This document shows, one piece after another, positions 11,155 through 21,581 of a stretch of DNA of 64,000 nucleotides (positions are counted from its first letter, which is position 1; each line of letters opens with the position of its first letter). Under the pieces are notes generated by a model that did not search any database, had not been told where the DNA came from, and was given only the letters and a program-made list of their open reading frames with translations. The DNA comes from Podospora anserina. Taxonomy: Eukaryota. The stretch lies in the NCBI GenBank assembly GCA_017654855.1, contig CM030332.1:3534001-3598000 (forward strand), in the 5' to 3' direction. The translations under genes and the position numbers were made by a program.

Positions 11155-14100
11155 ATGGCAATCGATATTCCCACCTTTGCCTCGACGCAGATTTCGCTTC
11201 TGGCGGCGGAGCTCCAAGCTGAAGTGGACGAGACGTCGATGCTAGTGTCGCTTCATAGCCCGACTGCTCTCCAGCGCGCGGGGGTTGCGCTGACGAACCT
11301 GGCGGTTTTGTCGCAGAGGACGGGGTTGGGGGGGAAGACTGTTGTTGAGGTGGGGCCGGATGGTGCGTTTAGTTGTTCGGGTGATTTGCCCGAGCATGGG
11401 ATTCGAAGTGGGGATATTGTCTTGCTGGCTGAGCAGCCGGCCGCCAGTGGGAAGAAGAGGGAGGTGAAGGAGTTGGAACGGAAGGGGGTTAAGGGGGTTG
11501 TGACGAGGGTGGGGAGGCAGGGTTTGGGGGTTGCTGTTGAGGAGGATGGGGAGGGGGAGGGGGAGGTGGTGGGGGGGGATAGGAGGGTTTGGATTGTTAA
11601 GTTGGCTGATGAGGTGACGTGGAAGAGGATGAATGGGACGATGGAGAAGATGGCCAAGATGGCGGAGGGGGAGTACTCTTATTTTATGAGGGTTCTCTTT
11701 GGCCTGACCACACCTTCGCCTGTTCCAGAGGATTTGAGCAAGGATGAAGAGGTGGGAGAAGGAAAGATAAAGTGGTTTGATACCAGTTTGAACGAGTCGC
11801 AGAAGGATGCTATTAGGTTTGCGTTGAAGAGTCAGGAGATTGCTCTTATTCATGGCCCGCCGGGGGTAAGTTTCTTTTTTTTTCTTGTTTTTTTCCCTTT
11901 TCCCTTTTTATATACCAACTTACCCCCCAAAAAGACAGGGAAAACCCACACCCTAATCGAACTAATCCTCCAACTCCTCGCCCTCAACTCCAACTCCCGC
12001 ATCCTCGTCTGCGGCCCCTCCAATATCTCGGTAGACAACATCGTTGAGCGCCTCTCCCCGCACAAAATCCCCTTGATCCGCCTCGGCCACCCCGCCCGTT
12101 TGCTGCCCTCCGTCCTGAACCACTCTCTCGACGTCTTGACTCGCACCAGCGAGGCGGGGGCCATCGTCAAGGACGTCAGGGCCGAAATGGACGCCAAGCA
12201 AGCGTCTATTCGAAAAACCCGCTCCGGGAAGGAGAGGAAGGCCATCTACGCTGATTTGAAGGAGTTGCGCAAGGAGTATAGACAGCGAGAGAAAAAGTGC
12301 GTGAGTGATCTCGTTGCCAAAAGCAAAGTCGTGCTCGCAACGCTTCATGGCTCAGGGGGGTACCAATTACGAGACGAAAAGTTTGACGTGGTGATTATTG
12401 ACGAGGCGTCGCAGGCGTTGGAGGCGCAGTGTTGGGTTGCGTTGCTGTCAGCTAAGAAGGCAATCTGTGCTGGTGATCATTTGCAGTTGCCGCCGACTAT
12501 CAAAAGCTTGAACTCTTCTTCTTCTTCTTCTTTTTTTTCTTCTTCAAAGACTTCTTCAAAGAATTCTTCTACCTCTGGGGAGAAGAAGACTGCAAAGACC
12601 AAGAAAGACACCGCCGCGAGCAATACCCCCCCAACTATCCCGAAAGGTGCCACGTTGGAAACGACATTGTTCGACAGGCTCCTCTCCCTCCACGGGCCCA
12701 AAATCAAAAGGATGCTCACCACCCAGTACCGGATGCACGAATCTATCATGCGGTTCCCTTCTGATGAGCTATATGAAGGGAAGCTGATTGCTGCGGAGGG
12801 GGTCAAGGCTAGGTTGTTGCACCAGCTGCCTGATGTGAGGGATGTTGATGAGACGAGGGAGCCGTTGGTTTTTATTGACACCCAGGGCGGGGATTTTCCG
12901 GAGAAGACTGAGGATGAGGAGGAGGAGGAGGAGAAGAAGAAGAAGGGAGTGACGAAGAGGAGTTTGTATGGGGATAGTAAGAGGAATGAGGGGGAGGCGA
13001 TGTTGGTGAGGGAGCACGTGAGATGTTTGGTGGAGGACGGGGGGGTGAGGGCCGAGGATGTGGCGGTTGTTAGTCCGTATAATGCGCAGGTATGTTTCTC
13101 TCTCACTTCTATCCAAGCGGTTACATTGGAGCTGCCAGGCACTGGTTGGTTCACTTGATGAAGACCCGAGGGGGAGAAACATCATCGGTTGCTACTAGTG
13201 TGGGCGTGGAGGAGTCACGGAGACCAGAAGCTTGGTTTGGATGTGACGGAGACCGGATCGTATGGTTTACGAAGAGGTTAACCCCCATCCGATCACTCGG
13301 GACGAGGTGATGAGACGGCACGCGGTTCGGACCCGTCTGCCATCCACACCCGCGCTACGAAGAGCTTTACTCATTCTAATGCTCGGGAGACCCTATACGG
13401 TTCGGACGGGACGGGAGAGAGTCAAGATCGTCCGGCCCCCATGCTCTCCGCCATGATCCATCCGAAAGATAGGACGACCATGAGATCATTTGTCATCGCT
13501 ACCAGCAAACAACACCCCTCTCTTTCCTTCTCTCCTTCCAGAATCCGGGGCCGAACATGGACGAGGGTTCAGGCCGTTCAACGTCAAACCTCGAGCATAA
13601 GGCAAGAGTACCAAGCTAACCATGCGAAAATCTAGCTCGCCCTCCTGGCCCCCCTCAAAGAGCAATACCCCGGCATAGAACTCGGCTCAGTCGACGGGTT
13701 CCAAGGCCGGGAAAAAGAAGCAGTGATCGTCACGCTTGTGCGAAGCAACTCGGACGGAGAGGTCGGTTTCCTTGCCGAGAAGAGAAGACTCAACGGTACG
13801 TTTATTCTATTTTATTCTGGCGGATTAGTTCGGGTAGTAGGATCAGGTTGCACGACGTCAGTGCGCTGCATGGCATATACGCATGGCGGCATGAACACAC
13901 AACACACGTTACTGTAGTGTATAGGAGATGGGCGTCAATGCGAGGGGTATGGTATGGTATGGCATGGCATTAGATGAGATGCTAATTTGGACTGTAATAC
14001 ACTGTAGTGGCCATGACACGGGCAAAGAGGTCGTTGACTGTGATTGGGGATTCGGAGACGGTCAAGAAGTGAGTAGCTACTGCTCCATTTTTGAAACCTT

Positions 14101-14243
14101 TGCGGATGTAATACTAACACTTGGATGGCAGAGGCAGCAAATTCCTCAAAAAGTGGATGGAGTTCTTGGAAGAGAATGCAGACTTGCGCTATCCGGACCT
14201 TGCTTCTCTCACGGCTGCTGCGGCTGCTGCTGCGAAGGCATGA
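11155..14243 (+). CDS. HCS1: Upf1-like SF1 helicase of the Hcs1/IGHMBP2 (SMUBP-2) type; introns 11866-11934, 13090-13635, 13796-14007, 14069-14131
   Basis: LNESQ, Walker A HGPPGTGKT (restored by removing intron 1), [59 protein letters not shown]. Splicing joins all exons in frame to TGA at 14241-14243. Confidence 0.93.
13090..13635 (+). other. Unusually long, extensively base-pairable spliceosomal intron; candidate structured RNA element
   Basis: GTATGT donor, GCTAAC branch and TAG acceptor are fixed by protein continuity (YNAQ|LALL). Several 6-15 bp stems found by eye. Function is unproven. Confidence 0.6.
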
Positions 14244-17200
14244 ATCTGATGCGGGGGCAAGCGGGAGGGGGGACGTATGATAGAGACATACCAAGTCGCC
14301 ACCATGAAATCCAAGGAACGAGTTCCCGTTCCCGTCTTTATGCGATGATTCGGACCTGAAAAGCAAGTGAGGTCCAACAAATGGGAGGTTCTCAAGATCT
14401 GGTTAGGGAGGGTGTTATCCCCCAGTTGGACCCATGGTCTGGTTGTGGCTGACCCAGGAAGAACGTTTGGTTCGGGCTCGTCGATTCGGAGAATTATTGG
14501 CCTTAGTTCCAGGCTAAAAGTGAAGAGACACGCCCCTCGTTGTGAATCGCGGGGTTTTTTCCTTTCCTTCTGTAAGGCATGACTGAGGCCATGTCTTGAA
14601 AGCTCTTGGACATGTTTGGTCACGAATCGCGTGGCTCCAAGACATCACATTGCAGCGTGGTGTTTTGGATCGGAAGAGGTCGTTTCCCGTCGCAATTGGC
14701 TGTCTGTTGTCTCTTTTGCTTGGCCCCCGTTGAAGGTGCCTCAGAGAGAGCCTTCTCAGTGGAAAGTTCAGACGGCGACATTTCTGTACCATGTATGACC
14801 CCTGCTGTTTCAGATGGCCCCCCGCCTGTGGGGTTGAGTGGCCAGTGCTTCTTGAAACGGCTCGGCTTTGAGCGGGGCTGGTTCTCCCTTGGCGTCCGTC
14901 TCCAATAACAGCCATCGAACTGCAAGATGGCAGGACGATTCGCATGAATCGAACCAGATTCTACGGGAGGGAAGAGGTTGTCTAGAACTTCGAACTTTGG
15001 AGGAGGGCAGCATGCTTCCGTATCGCTACAGAGAAGGAAAGGCAAGCGAAAGGGAATACCCCGTTGTAATGTGCTTGCCTCCTCGACTGTGCAGATTGGC
15101 GAGGGTTGGACGTTTTATCGATAGCAGTGTATCATTGTCCTCGTATTGTTCCGTCCTGCCCTGTCCCCCGCCAGAGAGAGGATGGCACTTTGTGTCACCC
15201 GTGCGCCCGCGCTGCTCCCCTGTTGGAGTCTCATCGCGACAATGGGTTGAAGGTGTGTCGGCGATCTGTTTTCGATCTTTTGGCGGGACTGGGAGACAAG
15301 CGCGGTGGTTGTTCGGAGACGCGGAGACGACACCACCCTCCTTGTCAACAAACAGCCGCGGTCCTCCCAAGATGGTTGCACAAACTGGGGATTGGTGGTG
15401 ATAGATGAATTGATGCGCTGCGCTACCGTGCTGCAGCGAGTTATCCTTCTTTGGGGAGGCCGGGTTGCTGGATGGCAAAGCTTGTTGCCTGCTCGCTGAA
15501 AGGGCTTGCATGTGCGTGCGGACATAGGCCGCGTATCAAGGAGGTGGGAGACAAGAAGGAGAAGCGCGCATTTATTTGGAGTGTCATCTGCTCACTTTCT
15601 CAATTGGACGCACACCCTCAGGTTGGGTGACGATGCTACCTTGCAGCATCCCCCGGATGACATGTTTCTGTGGGAGAAGCGGAGATCTTATTCCAGCGAC
15701 CCCGACAATAACATGATGGACCCCTCCAGGATTTTGGAAGTTGAAGGACGGGAATGATGACATTTGGCGAAGATCAAACTTGAGCGATAGAAGTGATGAT
15801 GAAAGACCGGGCCTTCGATCTGGTCCGCTCCTCCCTTGCTCGGTTGCTCTTGCGGTCAATGGCCAGCTTCCCTCAAAACTGGAAAGCGTGGGGTTGGCAC
15901 CTGCATCTTGCTTGAGAATATATCGACCAGCCGCGGTGGTGGAGTGGAGATTAGGTCTCACACACAACCTCCAGACTCCCATATCCGATATCGTCACCAC
16001 CGGGCCACCTTCATTGTGTCGTTTGCGATATCCGCATTGACGTTGATATCTTTTATTGTCGTTTCTTTTTGCACCGTTGGTGGAGTTGGTTGATCTGGAC
16101 TGCTCAACGAACCCCTGGACAGCGCGGCCACCCAGCGATACCAAAGCAGGTATAGCGCTGACTGGGGCTCGCGCTGCGCAAAAGCCACGCGATGGCCTGG
16201 TTGTCTGTCTTCCCTTGCTTCGAGTATAGGTACTCTGTATCTACACAGCGCACAGGGTGCTACAACCGAGTGTGGTTCACCAAAGGGAACATTGCACAAG
16301 CGAGCCCCCCTAATATCGCGGCCGGCGATTTCAGGGATTCCTTCCAGAAGCTGCAATGGATAGATGAAGCTGCCCGCAAGAGGGCATGAAAAAGGGCGGC
16401 ACAGGGCATCGCCGAAGGGATTCTACAACAATGCGCCCAATTCCAGCCTCAAGCACTCGGCAGCCGCTTCCGCGATGAGTTGTCCAACACCCACTTCGAG
16501 GTGCAGATGGATGCAGGCACGCGCCGGAATACAACTTGCCCCTCCTGCCTGACTGTGACTGTTCTGGAACCGGCCAGCAGTTCATCGCATCTCTATTCCT
16601 TTCTTTTTCGACCAACCATACTTGAGCCACTCTTCTGTCTGATCTTGGTCGGGCATCGGGGAAAACATCTACACCACAACCTATCAAACTAACGGACTCT
16701 TCACCAGCCGTTGCAAGGGTTCGAGGGACCCCGGCAAAGCCCAAGACAAGACAAGACCCACCGCCTCCGTTCTCCACCGCAGCGGCCCCAAGCGCAACCC
16801 CCCCTCACCATCCCCCTCCCCTCCATCACCGTCGCATCAAGTCTGCGATCCTTGTTCTTGCAGCAGCGCCGCCGCCGGGCAACCTGGAGCAGTCAAGAAT
16901 CCGCCGCGCGCAGCATTAAATATCCGCCCACTGCCCACTGCCCAGTGGCGCGCTGCCTGCGGAAAAGTGATGGGGCGACGTGCTTCTGTCCAACTGTTTA
17001 CACTGGCCTGCACCACCCTCTGCAGCTCCGCGTCGACCCGGTGGGCCAGGCAGGTTATAGGTTGTTGATAGCTCTCTGTCCTCGGTTCTCTTGCCTTCAG
17101 CCGGCATCGCCTCCACCCCGTCTCACAGCAGCAACAGAGGAGGAGCCGCATTGCTGGCCATGTGGAACTTGTAACGGTGAGACGTTGGAAGAAGGAAACT

Positions 17201-17439
17201 GTGCGTCGGGACCTAGGATTATCCTCCGCAAGGCACTCTGGAACCGGCGAATCACGACTCACTCCTCGCCATCAACACCTGTTTTGTGCCCAGATGGCTG
17301 TGACAGTCGAAGCCCATATCTGCTCACTCTAACCCGATTCCTTCATCCGGCCCCTCCCTCCTTTCCCAAAAGCCTGTCGTTACCGTTATCGAAAAAAGGG
17401 GAGAAAAAAAAAAGTCCGTTGTAGACAACGCCGATCAAT

Positions 17440-20013
17440 ATGCCGAGCATATTCGGAAGGTCTGGCTCCGGCACTCCGGCCGGGGCCCGTGCCAAGACCG
17501 GGAAGTCGATCCGAGGTGCCATCATCTCGGCCCCGATCCCGATACCCAGCACTGTCGATGATGACGAGTTCCCCATGCGCAAACTCGGATCTGCAAAGGC
17601 ATCGACAGTCACCGACGAAGAGTTTCCGATTAGGAGACCGGGAACAGGAATTGCCACGCCTTTACCCCTGGCTGATGAGCATTCGCCATCATTGGACGGG
17701 AAGCACGAGCGCGACCATGAAAAGGGAAGCGGAGACGAGAGGGATCTTCCAGACGAGGTGGTTCCCGTATCCTCCATGTTGGGCGGCGCTGTCGACAAAG
17801 AGACTGGCGAGATCATTCCCGAAGCGCCGTCAGATCCACCACCTGGGCCTCCGTCTCGCTTGAGTACTCCGGCCGGGGCACCGCCGGCACCACGAACTGC
17901 GTCCACAACGCCACCAAATCGCACCTCACCGCGAGGACCTTCGCCGCAAGGGATTTCGCCATCTAGAGTGTCACCGCCGAGGGCATCACCACCGGCAAGA
18001 AGAGCAACACAGCCAGCAATCAGCACGCAGCTCAGGTACTCGACCATCAGTGATGCGCCTAGCAAAAACACCACTCAAAGCACTGTGCCGCAGCGGAAGA
18101 AATCCACGCTGCGGTCGGCTTTGGGAAAGCTATTCGGCCGTGGCAAGAAGAAGCAAAATGTTCAGGACACCAGCCCTACGCCGATCCCGGAAGTTGAGCC
18201 TGTCAGCTCGATACAGCATAGAAGTGTATGTTAACCAGAAGCGAGAGTAATTTGGTCATTTTTGGAGTGCTAACATGAAAAGTTGTAGGATCCAACTGCA
18301 CTCGGCAGGCCAAATCACCCACCAGCAAAGCGCTCAGCTTCACTTCCCATCAGCGAGTTCGACCGGCCCCTGAGGTCACATTCTATCGGCCCTGACGACA
18401 TCATGGCCATTGAGAGCGCACGAAACTCGATGCAGTTGGCAGGAGAGGGTGGTTCATCTGTTGCAAACCCGAATAATCGTCGCAGAGCTGCAACGACGAC
18501 CAGCCGGATGATGTTCCAGCAGCGTTTGCGCAACCCAGAATGGGGAGCCGGTCTATCACCACGACCTGCGAGTGCTCAAGGACGGGGTGGAAGTAGCAAG
18601 GAGGAAAACCACGCCGTTACGCACGATCCGGATGAAATCGGGCGTGCCATCACCAGTGATAGCGGCCACGGTCTGCGGCGGCGGTCTAGGAGCTTGTCTG
18701 GTCTTCAGGACTTTGCCAATGCCCGACCTGTGACGACCCGGAGACGAAGTGATGAGATGCGTTTCTGGCGGCAGTCATACGACCCAACCGGTCTCATGTC
18801 GCCATTATCATCCAATGCCCCTGACATTGACGACACAGGCGTGGTGGATGTCAGCGCCCCGGACAGCCCAGCAGTCGAAGTGCCACCAAAAACACCGCCG
18901 CAGCCCTTCAATTTTGGTCTGCTGTCCAAAGACATGCTCGGCATGAAGATAACCCATGCTGCCAACTTGGACACCCGAGTCGGAAACCTCGAGTCGCGAA
19001 CTCGCAAGCTGGAGAGGGTAGTCACCCTGCTCTGTCACGCCGTCCCCGGATTCAGAGGTCCCCTAGGTGATACCACTCCCACTCCTGCAACGTCACAAAA
19101 CGAACCCTTCCCAGTCCAAAAGAAGGTCTCGGTCCAGCAACCCCAATTCGGCTTTTCCACCTCGACGCCTCCACCAACGATACCAGCCATCTACAATCCC
19201 ATTCCCCCAACGCCCGTCCAACCAAGCAGCAGCTCCCGCAAGTCACTAGAAACCGAAGACAGGGACACTCACTCCCTTTTATCCTTTGGCGAAGCACCCA
19301 CCTTTATCGGCTCCCTCCACCCGCCGTCCTCGTCGGCAACCCAAGCCGCCCAGTCTTTGACCGTCGCCGCCCCACCACCACCACCACCACCACCACCACC
19401 ACTACCACCAACCCCCATCCCTTCCCGACCAACAGAAGAAACCGTTACGCAACTCGAAGCCGAACTAGCATCTGAACGCGCCGCCCGTCGAGACCTCGAG
19501 TCTCAAGTGAGGAAACTTTCCGAACGGCTGAATACCCTGTCTTCAACTGTCTTCGCCATGGTGCGCAGCCCGTCCGAGTCACGGTCTCAGGAGCGGCTGA
19601 TTGCGCCGGCTGCGTCGAGTAGTAGTTTGAGTACTGGGTCTCCGTTGCTGTTGCCGCATAGTCTGAAGGGGACGACGACGACAAGGGCAAAGTCGCACGT
19701 TCCTGCTGTTACGCAGCAGGGGCAGGAGCAGTTGAGTGTTTTTGATGATGATGATGATGAGGAGGAGGAGGAGGAGGAGGAGGAGGAAAAGGACTTTCAG
19801 ACTCCGATAGAGGTGGTCAAGTACGGGGCTTTTGGGGAGGAGTTGAAGGATCATGGGGTTGTTGGGGAAGAAGGGGGAGAAGGGGAGGGGGCGTGGGGAG
19901 GGAATTTGGATGGGGATGGGGGAGGGGAGGAGAATAAGAGGAGGAAGGCGGCGAGGACGTTGAGTTTGAGTCAGTTGACTTTGGGGAGGGGAGGGGGGAG
20001 GGGGCAGGTTTGA
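17440..20013 (+). CDS. Hypothetical protein, largely disordered (Ser/Pro-rich) with two coiled-coil segments; intron 18226-18288
   Basis: Two long ORFs join in frame via GTATGT...GCTAAC...TAG, giving QHRS|DPTAL. Heptad-like LDTRVGNLESRTRKLE and LEAELASERAARRDLESQVRKLSERL; poly-Pro and poly-Asp/Glu tracts. Confidence 0.85.
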
Positions 20014-20636
20014 TAGGGCACCATGAGCGACAGACGACGGCGGCACGACGATTGTTGAGTCATTTCTCGAGGACATTTTGTTTACATACCATCTACACCC
20101 TTCTCTGCATTTTGGCATAGCTGGCGGGCATTTCTTTCTTTCTTTTTCTTCGCAGTGTGTTATTGTTTAAAGCATATATATCATCTTATATCTTTCTTAC
20201 CGGGTGTGTTTTTGCGGTCATGGGGTGGGGGGAAGTTAATACTGGGTATCAAAGAAAGAGGTTTTGTAATTTTTTTTTTTTTTTTAGTTTTTTTTTTCTT
20301 TGCGTTGGGAGGATGTCTGCGTGTGTTTATGTATAACTAGATACCCCCGTTTCCGGATTTTATATTTAGGATAGGGACAGAGGAGAGCTTTTCTGGTTGG
20401 TTGGGAATGTTGAATTGAGGTTTTTATCCTGCACTTTTTCTTGCTCAACTTCTGTGCTGCGGTGTGATGAAATGGTTCCCTGCCTAATTTGAAGATGCGT
20501 GAGGAGCTGATGTTGGGCAAGTGGAAGGAAGTGTAGGTCGTGAATCTCCAACCAACAAGTAAACCCGGGTTTTTAAAAAAGGTTTGAAGTTCTGCACATA
20601 ATGAATAACTTATCATTACATACCCCAATACCCAAG

Positions 20637-20638
<2 letters not shown>

Positions 20639-20668
<30 letters not shown>
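20639..20668. repeat. (AC)n microsatellite between convergent genes
   Basis: Read directly. Confidence 0.9.
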
Positions 20669-20672
<4 letters not shown>

Positions 20673-21581
20673 CACCGCAACCAACCACCGAAACTAACCC
20701 TCATCTCCACCCTTTTAAAAAAAACCACTCAGTCAAATCAAACAGCTCAATCTTGGGGTATCATATTTATATTTCCGCTTCACTGTCTATCCCTGACTGA
20801 ATTCCCTTATATACTTTCCTTCCCCTTCTCACACACACAACAAACAAACAAACATATCCATCCCACAAACCCCTCCCCCCCCCCCACCACCACCATCATC
20901 ATTATCATCATCATCAGTCCTCATTTTCCCTCCAAACCACACACACTCAATGAATCAATCTATTCCTCCCCTCCCCTCCCCTCCCCATACATACCACCTA
21001 ACCTCAACCCCCCAACGCATTAAAATACTACAAAATAATACAATTCTTCTTGTTGAACCCCCAAAACCCCATTCTTTTGATCGCCTGGCCTGCCCATCCA
21101 CTGATAGAGAAGAAGATCGAAAAAACCGTAAACGCCTTGCTTGATTGAAAAACAACAACACCATCCTAACGTGATGATGTGAATGCAGAAATGAAACCCT
21201 CTGGATGCTACTTCTTATTTTTTCGGGGGGTGAAAAATGCGCAAAACCACTCGATGGGGCGATTGGCGGGTGGTGGTAAACGGCGGAAAAAGACCAACCA
21301 TCCGATGGTTGTCATGACCATTCGAAGTGCTGTGATCAAGTGTGTCCGCCTGCCAATCCCTCGCCCCAACAAACAGCCCTACTCCCCCCGTCCCAACTCC
21401 TCTTGCTCCCAGACCCTTGCGCATTTCCCTTCCCCAAATAAGAGGTCAACAAGACCACTCTCCCCCTCCCCACTACCCACTAGTTCCTGCTTATCCCGCC
21501 CCCCTCCTCCCACCAGAAATCCCCATGCGTCGTCCTGCTCCTAACCAGAAAAAAAAATCATCAACAACCCCCCCAAAGGCA

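Noticed and set aside
13156-13313. C/D snoRNA or hammerhead ribozyme as the explanation of the helicase intron
   Set aside because: Two TGATGA motifs are present, but there is no CTGA D box and no CUGAUGA/GAAA core with the required stems.
14189-16777. Chain of same-frame minus-strand ORFs suggesting an edited or read-through gene
   Set aside because: The gaps contain several TGA as well as TAG stops, and the peptides have no recognisable motif or codon bias. An orphan spliced gene cannot be excluded.
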